From positions 372,001-436,000 of the forward strand of contig MU008153.1 of assembly GCA_010909165.1 (NCBI GenBank): a DNA stretch of 64,000 nucleotides, in the 5' to 3' direction. The position numbers and the translations under genes were made by a program. This DNA is from Anthoceros angustus. Taxonomy: Eukaryota; Plantae; Anthocerotophyta. Positions 12,912-25,498 of this stretch are shown here, one piece after another; the first letter of the stretch is position 1, and every line of letters starts with the position of its first letter. A model generated the notes under the pieces. The model was not told the DNA's origin, did not search any database, and was given only the letters and a program-made list of their open reading frames with translations.

Positions 12912-13340
12912 CTCATAATTATCATGCATCCTGCAATTTCATGCGTGCTGGTGTATGTTAGACCACGCCCAAAGAAATGCACTTGTTGCTTGTAGTAATT
13001 GTATAAGAAGAGTGTATATATATCACTACAAAGAAACCACGTCAAGATTGTCCAACTATCTTGTGGCTGTTATTGCATGGCAGATCCCATTACCCTAGTA
13101 AAGGTAGCAGGTACATGTAGCACTTTCTTTAGAATCCAAGGTGATGCACCTTGATATAAAGAAAATGTCAGACATACGACCCATCCATTAATTCTAGGCG
13201 GATCCGGTATTACAATTAACTCCAAGGACTCTTGAGCAAAGGAAAGGCGAACAAAATCGATATGGGCTTTCTTCCCGGTGATCTTCACACCCTACGTGCA
13301 TCCAGTTATTACAAGCCCAAGTCCATTTCTTTGAGGATGA
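12912..13340 (-). pseudogene. F-box paralogue relic (middle part), interrupted by the CRE-like insertion
   Basis: LTWFLCSDIYTLFLYNYYKQQVHFFGRGL aligns with ISLRFLPHDMQSLLTSNFNKQEVHFFGNGL of ORF 46416-47954. Collinear with 29200-29565. Confidence 0.75.
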
Positions 13341-13379
13341 CCGGGTATGCATGAGCAACAAAATGAAATCACAGGCCGA

Positions 13380-14140
13380 GGATGATATAGTTAACCTCGT
13401 AAATAAACATGGTAACAGCTCCCAAAACTTGAGCTACTAGAGTTGAAATTGCAGAACGCCTCTCCAATAACATGTTCCCTGAGCTTTTTCAAGAGTTTGG
13501 AGACTTCTAAAATCCGTATACCCGGGGTCGGAGCAATCTCCCCAGCAGGGAAATGCAAAGTGGGGAGGATGCATGACGGGAACCAGATACAGCACTTGGA
13601 GAGCTTGACCTTCAAGCCAACCAAAGAGAACTTTGGGAGAAGAGCTCGAAGGCCTCCTTGACCTTGTTCCTAGGCCCGAGGATGTGAGAGTCGTCTCCCA
13701 GCAATGGGAAGACATAGTCGCGCACAGAGGAAGCGGCCCTAGATAGGGCCCTGTAGTGAGCAATGGAAAAGAGAGAATCGCCTAGAGGGTCGCCTTGCCT
13801 GGTACCTGTCGCCGATTCCAAGATGGAGACGGCAAATCCCGAAGAGATGTTCTTGTGCTGATATTAGAGGTTGGAAGACCTCCCTTAGAAGCACCGGACA
13901 AAAGGGATAAAGCTCCCTAGGACACCACCATCATCCCTGAGCTTCTCGAAGATTACGCTCGTGGAAATGGTATTAAAGGACCACCTGTAAGACTAGGACA
14001 TGAATCAATGTTTCCTCGTAGAGAGGGGCCTTCAGTTTGTCTTGGCCTCTAACCGAAATATTGGGTTGTTGATTGTTTGCTTGATATCCTTGGATAGGGC
14101 TTTTGCACACCAAATAAAGAGCATGCGGACACTCTCATAA
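13380..14140 (-). mobile_element. Diverged CRE-like RT fragment
   Basis: ESATGTRQGDPLGDSLFSIAHYRAL...LGDDSHILGP, homologous to 11160-11440. Confidence 0.75.
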
Positions 14141-14249
14141 GAATGTCATAAGGGAAATTCGAATTCCTTCATGTGTGGCAGGGTCCATCAAGATATCCTT
14201 CTCAAGTATATACTTCTCCCGTAAGCTCCCTAAAAGTTGGTGAAACTTG

Positions 14250-14565
14250 ACTCCGGGAACAACTCCTTCTCCCATCATGATGATGAAAAATACCAAGAGC
14301 ACATAGTTAGTTTGAGCAAAATGACTTGCAAGCTCGGAGGCATATCCATAGACTTGTGTTCACCGCCACTCGGAAGGAATTGAGAAACAAGGCAAGTTTG
14401 ATACTATGGTAAAGCCTCTCCTTAGGTTTGAAAAGAAGATAGTACATAGGGCTTGGAAGTTATTGCAGGGTGGAAAGGAGGAGAACGCATGATCCGAGGC
14501 CCCCAACCCGAACCTAATTGAATTCTAATTTCATCAATCTTTTTTCAGCACTTTGTTGTACATTA
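14250..14565 (+). repeat. Dispersed repeat; inverted homologue at ~26610-26940
   Basis: Shared gttagtttgagcaaaatgac.tgcaagct and aagcctctccttaggttt.aaaagaagata segments (FKPLLRFQKKI-like reading). Confidence 0.65.
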
Positions 14566-14589
14566 ACCTGTCCTTTTTTCGGCACATCA

Positions 14590-14890
14590 AGCGGCTTCCC
14601 TGAGCTCTTTTTTGTGGCTACTGCTGTGGCACGGGGAGAAATGCCTTTTCAGATCTCTCAAGTCCTTGCAACTAGCTAGTCGCCATGGACAAGCTTGCCC
14701 CAGGCTCTGGTGTACGTCCACTCGCGGTCGGGGAAGCCTTCATGTGACTCCTCAATCGTACTATTGCCCTTCAGTGCCGCTCCCTCCTCCAACAACACCT
14801 TAACCCCCTTCAATTTGGCATCACCACTCTAAGGGGTTGTGAGTCCGTGGTATTTGGTGTGCAGGCATGCCTTGACACCCACCATGAGTG
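14590..14890 (+). mobile_element. Diverged CRE-like RT N-terminal fragment
   Basis: Homologous to 10725-10980 (ELFF..AVARGE....SQVL....RPIAVGE....GCES..FGVQA). Confidence 0.65.
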
Positions 14891-15745
14891 GGTAAGCTTA
14901 GGATTATCCCAAAAGTGATGGGAGACTCTACTTCTCCTTCTTTCAACCTCGAGGTTTTCAACCTTTTTTCAGCTAAAATTTTTATTTATCAATAATTAAT
15001 TCCAAAAAAAAATGCCATGAGGGCGTGGTTACCACCACATCACCAAGGTGATCTCCTGTTTCTTGAAAAAAAAATTCAATACCCAAAGGCCACCACAAAA
15101 TTTTGAGTGGTATGAAAACCATCATCTTTGCGCAATTAGAATATTAGAACTTGTTGGGTGAGTAAACTTTATGTGGACATCCTCACACCATAGTGTACCT
15201 CGTGATAAAAGTTGGGGCTCATCCGAGTACCCTACACTCGTCAAAGCACTCTGCAAACACAAAGATCCGGCATCAAAGCATTTGGCAAACACGAAGATCC
15301 GGCAACAAAACTTACCAGGGATTAACAAATCCCGGAGTCCCACACTTCCTCGGTCGTAGAGACTGCAACTGCCCTGCTCCTCCACACGTAGAGGCCACCT
15401 CCGCCCGTACTACGCCACTGCCTGCCACCAGTCTGGATGTCGGACTTCGCAGGTCCTCCAGTCCAGCCAGCTCGCAGAATCGGATCCGCAGAATATGCTT
15501 CACAACCCCAGTTACAATGAACAAGCTACCGATAAAGATGCGGGGTAGCAGGCAACCAGACCCGGGTGCTGTTTTCCAGATTGTTTGGTTTGGTAAGCGT
15601 CTGAGTAGGGCTCCGCTTTGTGATATGAGCTCCCACCATAGTGGCTGATGTCTGTTTTGATGCTATCAGCGTTGTTGCATGCCCTAATTACATGTATCTG
15701 ACGACCGTATGATAGCCTCGGATAGTGAAGGTCATGCTAGTGTCG

Positions 15746-18741
15746 TCACGTCTGTAACAGAGAATGGAAAGCCTCTTGGGGGATATCAACAGAGCCCACG
15801 CGTTTCATCCGTTTCTTCCCTTCCTTCTGCTTTTCCAACAGCTTTCTCTTTCGGGTAACGTCTCCTCCGTAGCACTTGGCCAGCACGTTTTTCCGCATTG
15901 CAGAGATCCTGGGAAACCATTGCAGAAGGTCAGTCAGAATGGTCTGAAACAGTCGCAGGGGAAGGGAATGCAGGAAATAGACGTACGTTTCCCGAGCTAT
16001 GACTTTAGAGCCTATGGCTGCTTGGATGGCAACTTCGAACATTTGCCTGCATCAAACATATACAGGAGGAGATCAGCATCACCACTAACACCGAGAGCAG
16101 CACGGGATGAATGTTGTAACTTATCAGCCTGGGCAGCAGGGCACGTATGGACGACTCGCTAACCTGTCAATTACTTTCTTGAGCTTTTCAACGAGCTCAC
16201 GGCCGATGCGCTGAGATTTTGACCGATGCACGATCGTAGCAAGGGCATCAACGACTTGACCATTCAGCATGACATCAAGCTTCACAAGATCAGCAGCTTG
16301 ATATCTGCGAGGTTTGGTCAAACCGCAAATGATCAGAACGCCGCCATTGACCATCAAGAGCTTCACTGGCGACCAACTGAGAGAACGGATAGGACTTACC
16401 CTGCTTCTTCATAGTCAAAGGATGCATAGCCTGAAGTCATTCCCTTCAGCTGATTGTAGAAGTCGACCACAACCTCGCGCAAAGGAAGCTTATACTTTAA
16501 CATAGCCCGCTGTCTGGGTGAAGTGGTGCCGCAAGGAGATCAGTTCATTTGGAAGATGAGTAAGCCGGAGATAGCACGGATCAAAGAGACATACCCGTCA
16601 ATGAAGGTGTGTTCGGTTTGCTCACCCCTCCTCTCCGAGCAGAGAGTGATTAAACTTCCAATATACCTGGATAGGTAGAGCCTGGAAGCTTAGGGCAGGG
16701 CTTCCTGAGACTTATGAAGCATCAGAGTGACAAGGGCACAACCAACAGTTCAGAAACGAGTGCGCCATGGGGCTTACTCACTGGGAGTGATGATGGTTGC
16801 ATTCACTGTTGGTTCCCAGCATGTGACCAGTCGTTTCCCAGAACCTGACGACAAGCTTGCTGGGTTTTGCACAGTTATCTTGCTGCACAGCCGAAGGGTA
16901 TAAGGCGTCTGATCTCAAACGGTCAACACCATACAGCAGAGCTATTGCACCCGGAAGGCCTACAGAGGTCAAAGAAGAAGTACCTTCCATCATCATACTC
17001 AAAAATGTAAGGGACAGTTGGATGGGTAGTTATCACTCGGGCTCCATGCTCCTGTTGATCCAAAAGAGAAGGGCATGCTTGAAAAGAGTGGGATGCAGCA
17101 AAATGTGCTTTGAGATATGCTTATATTGGCTCACTTGTTCTAACCGCTGATGAAAGACATCCATATGAAGTAATCCTAAGAACCCACATCTGTCACAGGC
17201 AGAGGAGAGAGAAGTGTGAGCAACCAATCAGTCCATGCAGGTTGGAAGACACAAAAATCTGATGCTGAAGGAGGGTTGAGGTGCAAGGTTAGTGTGAACG
17301 ACAAAATTCAACCTGAATCCTATCCCTAGAGCTCCACTAGTTTCTTTCGTCACAGAAACACTTGCATCGTTGCACGTGAGCCTTTCAATGGCTGCACATA
17401 GTGCATCATAGTCTGACCCATCAGCTGGATAGACTCCTGCAAATACCATGTGCTTTGCTGGCTTGAATCCTGCATGATAGAATAGCCAAATGTAATCATC
17501 AGATAAGTTCATATTCATCCAAAAGCTACAATAACAGTGGTGAGCAAACCCTACCAGGCAGAGGTTCCACAACACTTCGAACACGATGCAATGTGTCCCC
17601 TATACGGGCCTCTTGTGTAGAGCGCATTCCCGTGACAAGATATCCCACCTGTCCTGTCAATAGAATGCCTGTTGCTTTGAGCTCTGGATGCATAATTCCT
17701 ACATCCATGGCTTCGTAATCCTGCCCAGTAGAAGCTGATGAAATTTTCTCTCCTTTCCTCAGCGCCCCGTCTACAACTGCAACATGGCAGATAACACCCT
17801 TGTACTCATCATAGTAGGAATCCAGTAAAAGCATTCTGAGGGGTGCGTCTGTTGAGCCCCTTGGCTGTGGGATGCGCTCAATGACAGCAGGCAAAACATG
17901 CGGTAGACCTTCTCCGGTTTTTGCAGATGTTAGCAGAACATCATCAGGATTGATGTCAAATATGTTCTTCAGCTGAGTCTTCACACCGTCAGGATCAGCA
18001 TTGGGCTGATCAATCTTGTTTATGACAGGAATGATGGTGAGATCAGCCTCAAATGCCAGATAGAAGTTAGCCACCGTCTGAGCTTGAACCCCTTGTGAGG
18101 CATCCACTAGAAGCAGGACCCCCTGACATGCTGCCAGAGATCTGGACACCTCATAGCTGAAATCCACATGCCCCGGCGTGTCAATAAGATTAAGCAAATA
18201 TCGAGCCTTAGAACCATCAGCCGCAGAGTAGTTGAAGAACATGGTGGCTGTCTGGGCTTTCACTGTTATCCCTCTTTCCCTTTCCACCTACTTCAAACAA
18301 GAAACTCGATCAACAACCAACTCTTCAGAAAAACCAACCCAAGCTCCCAGGATTGCCGCGCAGTCACCACAAACAAAAATCACTGGAATTCCCACACATT
18401 CCTACCTGCAGCTTGTCGAGATACTGAGGCTGCCCAAGCCCTTTCCGAATCGTCCCAGTGAGCTCCAGCAGCCGATCGGCAAGTGTGGACTTGCCATGAT
18501 CCACATGTGCTATGATTGAAAAATTTCTGATCAGCGCAGGAGGGTACTGCGTGAGTTCCAAGTCATCCCTGCCATGCGCTTCTTGAAAAGCAGCAGAGGA
18601 GCACGATCTGCACCACAAGCTGGACCACGTCCGCACATCCTCCCCCCACAGCCTCCTCGCTGGGAGATGTGAGGCAGCCTCCAAAAATCTGACTGCCTGC
18701 TTAGAACAGTGTCGGATGATCGACACGCCCATGAATGCCAT
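15746..18741 (-). CDS. GUF1: Translation factor GUF1/LepA (EF4), mitochondrial type. 11 exons: 18741-18406, 18287-17555, 17469-17313, 17189-17135, 17051-16984, 16882-16778, 16666-16595, 16513-16400, 16304-16164, 16046-15987, 15908-15746
   Basis: [66 protein letters not shown] and [31 protein letters not shown]. All introns GT-AG and in phase. N-terminal presequence-like extension. Confidence 0.96.
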
Positions 18742-19813
18742 CTCCGTATCTCATCCAGACAACATCCCCACCACGTTCCCAACCCCGGACCTCAAGGCCA
18801 GCTAACCAGGGCAAGCATCCGCACAAAGTGCAGAACCAATGCCCATCATCCCCGCCCTATCCATACCCATCAACCTCGTAGCAGCTCCGCCAAGACCTAC
18901 AAAACATCACGCCGCAAACCGCATGTTCCCAGCTCGAGAAACAAACAACAGCGCACTTTACAGCAACAATGTGCAACAAGCTTTGTCAAAATCCAGCTCC
19001 GCTGCACACATGGGCATGGGCACGTCCCTGCACAGCAGCCGGAAGTTGGAGTGCGTTAGGGCCGACCGATAACGGGATTATGGACGAGCTCTCCGTTCTC
19101 TCTTCCTCGGTCCGTTTTCCTCGTTTCCCGTTCCGTTACGAGACACCTGGTTTATCCAGTGAAGTGCGTGGCCTGGCTAAAATCCGCGTCAGTCTCTTAA
19201 CACAGACGTCTGCGTTGAAGTATCAAGAAATGCTGCACGTCAAGGCCACGTGGTCGAATCCGGTCCCAGAGCCGGAATCCGGCAAAGTGTCTGCTGCGCG
19301 ATTGGACCTCGCCGCAATAGAGAACGGGGGGAAGCTGCAGGCCTGAACGCACGGTGGTGCACTATTACGAGAAGGAAGTATCTCAATCAGCGTGGGACTC
19401 TGGAGGTTGGAGCGGCGAGAGAGAAGCTTGATGTGCTGAAAGTCTCACGTTTCTGGAGGCCAGTGGCGCTGAGCACAACAATAGTCTTGTGCTTTGATCG
19501 ATTGTCGCGTCGGCTGGCTGTGTGGAGCATTTTTCCTTTGTACCTGCTTTGTTCCGTGTGTTCTCGAGACCAAAACGTGAGGAATATATCAACCCCTACT
19601 GCACCTCTTCCTCCTCCTGTGAAAGAACTCCGCGGTTTGAGCATCCGGAAGCCAGGGCAGGAGAGGAGAGGATAGGATAGGATAGGAGGTTTTAGCATAC
19701 GCGAGCCAGGGCAGGAGAGGAGAGGAGAGGAGGATGAGCTTGTAGAGGTCGTGGTTTGAGGATTCGGAAGACAGGGCTGGAGAGGGAGAAGAGGATCTGA
19801 CATTGGCGGGAAG

Positions 19814-20812
19814 ATGGAGGCTTGTTCGCAGTCCCTGGCGCGTGTCTCGCCGCTGTGCTGCAACCTGCGGGTAAAATCCTCCAGTTTGAGCGGCGGCGGC
19901 GCTGGTTTGTCCTTCGTGCGCCTTCCGATTAATGTTACTACTCCTTTAAGAGGAGAAACTGTGGAGCGGAGGAGCGGGAATGCGAGCTTACGGCGAGAGA
20001 GTGTGAGGACCAGAGCGTTCCAGGAGGCGGAGGAGGAGGAGATCTTGCAGGCGCCGTCATCTTCGTCGCGGGAGGAGGAGATTGCGCAGGCGCCGTCATC
20101 TTCGTCGCAGGAGGATGATGCGAGAGTGCAGCGGATCCATACTGTGGAGGATTTCGATGCGGCGTTGAAGAAGGCGGGGAAGAAGCTTGTGGTGGTAGAG
20201 TACGCGACCACCCATAGCTCCAACAGCCAGCAAATCTACCCGGCTGTGGTGAGCCTGAGCCGGAGCTGCCAGGATGTGGAGTTCCTGCTTGTGATGGGAG
20301 ACGAGTGCGAGGACACCAGGTCGCTGTGCAGCCGCGCCGGGGTGAAGAAGGTGCCGCATTTCGTTTTCTACAAGAACCAGGAGAAGATTCATGAGGAGCA
20401 AGGCATCGACGCCGACATGCTGGCGGGAGATGTGCTCTACTATGGCGACCCCGATGTTCCGGTGCGGCACCTCAAGGGCGCGCAAGAGCTGGAGGCGTTT
20501 CTGGCAGAGACGGCCAAGGAGGACCGGCTGGTAGTGGTGGACGTGGGACTGAAGCATTGCGGGCCCTGTGTCAAGGTCTACCCTACTGTCATCAAGCTGG
20601 CCAAGAATATGAAGGGTTCTGTGGCCTTTGCGCGGATGCATGGGGACGAGAACGAGGAAACTATGCAGTTGATGAAGAAGATGGAGGTGGTGGAGGTTCC
20701 TACTTTTCTCTTCATCAGACAGGGCAAGCTGTGCGGGCGGTATGTTGGCTCTGGGAAAGGAGAGCTCATTGGGGAAATACTAAGATATCAAGGAGTCCGG
20801 GTCACGTATTGA
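19814..20812 (+). CDS. CDSP32: Chloroplast two-domain thioredoxin CDSP32 (intronless)
   Basis: Transit-like N-terminus; two Trx modules; HCGPCVKVYPTVIKL active site; C-terminus GSGKGELIGEILRYQGVRVTY. Confidence 0.95.
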   Translation: MEACSQSLARVSPLCCNLRVKSSSLSGGGAGLSFVRLPINVTTPLRGETVERRSGNASLRRESVRTRAFQEAEEEEILQAPSSSSREEEIAQAPSSSSQEDDARVQRIHTVEDFDAALKKAGKKLVVVEYATTHSSNSQQIYPAVVSLSRSCQDVEFLLVMGDECEDTRSLCSRAGVKKVPHFVFYKNQEKIHEEQGIDADMLAGDVLYYGDPDVPVRHLKGAQELEAFLAETAKEDRLVVVDVGLKHCGPCVKVYPTVIKLAKNMKGSVAFARMHGDENEETMQLMKKMEVVEVPTFLFIRQGKLCGRYVGSGKGELIGEILRYQGVRVTY

Positions 20813-21492
20813 CAGAGGTAGCGAGTGGATGGTGTCTCGCAAAAGAATGTGCGACCGTCTGGACCTGTACGCCTCACAAGGGGCAGGTACACGACCTAGG
20901 TGTTTGACAGTTTTTAGTCATATTTTCAGTGACCCCCAAGGACTCCGTCTGTAGTGTGTACAAAGAGATGCAACGATAAACTCTAGTTCTCGCCTTCATC
21001 GGTTCTTCTCTTGCATGCACATGGCAATGAAATTATGCCTAATTCGGAGAAGACTAAAAAACCTAATTAGTCTTTGAGACATTTGTCAGCGTGTGAAGAA
21101 CGTTAACACTTACAGCGACACGTCTCCTCTTCTCCTGAAGAGCATAGTCGAATCCAGATAGCACCTCTCGGTCTGCATCCAGATCAACCTACATAGAAGA
21201 CAATTGCAATTCTAGCACGACAAGTACCTCCATTACCAAGGTTAGATTCCAAGGTTCCCATGATGCGCACGTAGGTTACGATACCATGGCTCATTCCTGC
21301 AAGAAACTCACCTCGTCTCATCTTTCCTCGTCTACAGAGGTTGATGCGTCCAGCAGTGATATCATGGCGGCATCTGTATTTGCAACCAGAAAAGCTGAAG
21401 ATACTGATTCTCATCAGAGAGGAAGAGCCAACTAAGGCAGTCATACCAAACCCAGCTCCATGGATCAGGATCTACCTGATACCTCTGAGGAC

Positions 21493-21546
21493 CCCGGATC
21501 AAGACCTGTCCCAGAGGGCCCCGGATCAAGACCTGTCCCAGAGGGC
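21493..21546. repeat. 27-bp tandem duplication
   Basis: cccggatcaagacctgtcccagagggc x2. Confidence 0.85.
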
Positions 21547-21677
21547 CCCAGACATCAAAAAGCCATTCAGCACATCTTAGCAAATGAGCACCCTGTGACA
21601 TCTGACAGCACGCTGTGCAACTCAAACAGATGTGGCCAATATTGGCTCTAACTTCGTGTAACATTAAGCAGGCCTTG

Positions 21678-24600
21678 CTACAAGAACTTGATCTTTTTGT
21701 GACCAGGTTTACTCTGTATGACTCTACGTTGAGTGCCCTGTTCCACAAAGGCCCCACTATTTTCTCCCTTGGAGCGTGTTGCACCATCTCTCAACCGGGG
21801 ATATTTACTACCTTGAGTAGCCCTCTCCGTAGAGGGATAGCTTGCAACATCATGGGCCAGTGTTGAATGCCTACTTCCCCTGTGTGACCCATCCCAATGG
21901 CGCTTGCCATGCTCATTAGACTGTCTACTGCTGCTTCTAATGTGCAACAATAACCTCCCATCATCTTTCCTACTATGACGAGGAGCTTTACCATGCTCTT
22001 CATCCTTCATATGCTCCCCACTGTTTGAGGACCGCTTCCGCTTACGCGGATTTCCATCCCCCGTGGAGCTATTTGGTGCCTTTCCTTTGAATTCTTGCGC
22101 ATAATGAACTTTCCATTCCCGCTTGCTGAGGACACGCCCCAACTGCTTCTCTAGAGCTGCCTTGAGTCTCTTTTTTCGAGACTGTGGTTTCGACAGCTCA
22201 GGTGTTCCATGACTCCCACCTCCTAGTGGCACAGAGAGTAGTTCATCATTCCCACCATCAAGGTTTGATGACTTATTTTGCTTGGTCTGCAACTCACTTC
22301 GGCTGGTATTGGAAAATCCATCTTTTCGTCTCCTCTTGCTTGGCCCAGGTGTCTCAGGATCTCTACCATGACCACCCCTTTTGCTCGACCCAGGTGTCTC
22401 AGGATTTTTACCATTACCACCGTGTCCTCGAGGGAAGGACTCCTCATCATCCAGCCAACGGCCTCGCTTTCGACTTCGTGGCTGGAAATCATCACTGTCA
22501 CTGTCCGCCAAAAACTGCCCTGTTCCAGGTGTGTATATTGGCAATGCAACTGCCGGAGATGACACATCGCGAAACCCAAGAGACTTGCGGTTAACCAGCT
22601 TCTTGTCCATTCGGACAATACGTCCCAGAATGCCGACATTGACTGTTGCCTCAGTTGCCTCATCAACATCATCAAGTGTTGTCAGGAGCTGATGTGCAAG
22701 AGCAAAGGCTGACTGCACCTGCACAGCACGAAGGAGCTTCAGTATGCAAGCTACATATCTAAATTTGACCAGACCACTTGAACATCAAGCCAACAGACCT
22801 TTCCTGCTGTTGCAAGACACATACCTTTTGGATGGCAAACGAATTCTTTCCAATGTCGTTCTCTGGAGTCTGGTAAACAAAGAACAGATGTTATTACCAC
22901 AGAATATGCTAAAAGAAAAGAATCAACGACCTATCTGCATAAAACAGCAATAGACTTCAAACAACAGCAATACCTGAGGATCCTCCACAGACAATAAGTA
23001 AGGTCTCTTTAGATCACAAAATCTGTCCAGCCAAAGACATGTTACAAATTTGTTTCATTTGACAACATTCAGACAAACCAGCCCACCTTCCCCCTGTTCT
23101 ACTACCACCTGTGCATGCAGAAACATGAGATTACTTCGTTGCCTTGGTGGTCACAAACCAAAGACTTACCCTCGTAATTTCTTTGAGTAGAAGCTGCCAC
23201 CATTTCTACAAGAGACACCTACTTCTCTAGCGTTTAGAATACGGCCATACAGCTCAAAGAAATCAACCTGCATTGATAAGAACAAGGAGGTTATTCAAAC
23301 CTTCACAAACCTCAGTGAACAGACCAGACTTTTTGTTCATTCGTACCAACAACATGCCGAGATTCTCCTCCACCAAAGGACCCGACATAACTCCGGCTCG
23401 CTTCTGCCAACGACTTGGATGCATCTGTCAGGAAGGGTGAGCTATATCAGCAAAAGCATGAGGACCGTGAAAAAACCATGCGCTTCATTCAAGAGAAAAC
23501 ATACACCTAACATTTGGAGATCTAAACACTGGACATGAAATGTAGAACAAAACACATAGATCAAACCCAAAGTTACCTGCAAATGAGTAAGCAGCATGAC
23601 TAAAAGAGCATATGATCCGATTCCACCAGAGTATACCTGAACAGAACTTAGAACATTCAAATTCATGTGACTTGATAGCAAACCAGAGATTACTGCTACT
23701 ATCAGGTTGTCAAGGACACAACCAGAAGATAACTCAGCAGACCTCATTTAGCTCCCTTTGCTGAAGAAATATCTTCAGCACTAGACAGAGAGGCTTCAGC
23801 GGTGGTAATTGCTCCATGGCTTCCTGTTACAGCAATATATGGTGCAGTGGTTAGAAATCCAGCAGGGCAACTCGAGTAAAACACCATGACTCTGCTCACA
23901 AAGCGCTGCAAGCACACAACTGTGAGAAAATGGGTACCTTTATGAAGTTCGCAGCTTGTGGGCCATTTGCAACGTCAAAGCTTCATCAAAAAGAAAAAAA
24001 AACTGATCAAAATGCTAAACTCTAATTCGAGCCAAAGTTGCAATCACACAATAAACCTGCTATGGTTTTGCAGTCAACCAAACATAGAATAGTGAAGGTC
24101 ACCTTATGTCAAAGTTAATGTTGCTCTGGCTCTCCACAAATTTTACAATAGGTACGCGGGCATTTGCAATAACCTGACCACAGAACAAGCTAGATGTGAC
24201 TATCATCCAGTATCAGCTGGTCACAGAAACGTCAACAACCAAGTGAAGGCAAGATAAGAGGGCTCACACAGCAGACAATCTAAACGGGACAACATGGAAA
24301 CCTAAGCTGCCAACTGCAACCAGGAAGTGAAAAATTTCATATCTATCAACCTGAAGCTTCTTGACCAACGACCTCCTTGACAGGGTCTTTGCAAGAGCCC
24401 TAAGCCCGTCTTTCCGCACTTGACAACCGGACTTGAGAATTACAACCTGCCGGTCACAGCTGTCAGCCACATAAGATGAACCTTGTTTCAAACAGCACAG
24501 CCAAGCACAAGTATACCACGTGCAAGCAAAACCCTACTCACATCTACATCACTTGTCGGAAGATACAGGCCCGTGGCGAATGACCCGAACACATGCACCT

Positions 24601-25498
24601 GGAGTCAAATACACACCGTCTCAGACACACCACGCCACACATGGCTTCCAGTACATCAGCGATCAGCAAGCAGAAATAAGAAACCAACAGAGTACATGGA
24701 GATCTCCACCTCACAGGACGGCCATATAGACTTCACTGCTGCCGAAATACGTTCTACAGCGGTTACGCGCTCCAAGTGCTCCTCCTCCGTAGGAGAAACA
24801 AATTCACAGAACTCCACAATCTCTTCAAACACAATACTTCCCAGTCAGAGGACCTTCCAGCATCCACAAAAGAACCTAACCTGACATCATCCCTCCCATG
24901 CTCCTTCAACCTCAACAACGCAACCATTTTACACACCCTTGTGCAGCTGCAGCAGCGGACTATGCATCCAATTGCCTCTCGCAAGCTTGGCGGCCCACGG
25001 GGGAGGCACACTAGCATCCTTGTTCAACGCCTCGGCCACATACCGCCGCTTGCTGCTGCTCGCCGTCCTGGCCAACGGCTCTGACGCTACCGGCGTCTTC
25101 ACGTCCTCCGGCTCGCCATCACCTAGAGCCAGAAAATCCATCTCCAAAGACCTATCCCCGTCGAAGGAGATGAAAGAATCACCGTCAGCCGCCCTTTCCA
25201 CAGCATTTCTTGTCACCCGGGGAATTGCATGTTGCGGATCTGCTGCCCCAGCTCCCTCTGTTTCTGGCTCCTCTTCGGCCTGAAGGCCGATGAAGCTCTC
25301 ATCGGGCTCTGCAGTCTGCTTTGCTGCGGGAGTCCCGTAGAATTTGAGCAAGGACCGGGGCAGGTTTTCCTCGCCTTCTGTAATAAGTGGAGCCAAAGTG
25401 GTGTACACGAAGGGTCTCGACTGCTCCGCCTCCATCTCTGCTCCTGCAACCACCTTCTTGGCCCTCTTGGACATAGAGGCCCCTTGCACTCGCCCCAT
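21678..25498 (-). CDS. TRF4: TRF4/PAPD5-like non-canonical poly(A) polymerase (plant TRL-like), multi-exon
   Basis: Exons read SPLLQLHK / EIVEFCEFVSPTEEE / VFGSFATGLYLPTSDVD (GS..DxD) / VIANARVPIVKF / SFDVANGPQAA / LKPLCLVLKIFLQQRELNE / VYSGGIGSYALLVML, followed by a basic disordered C-terminal exon. Internal boundaries only partly traced. Confidence 0.9.

Noticed and set aside
19387-20641. Long minus-strand ORFs (278 and 181 aa) overlapping CDSP32
   Set aside because: Antisense shadows of a GC-rich coding sequence; no recognisable domain
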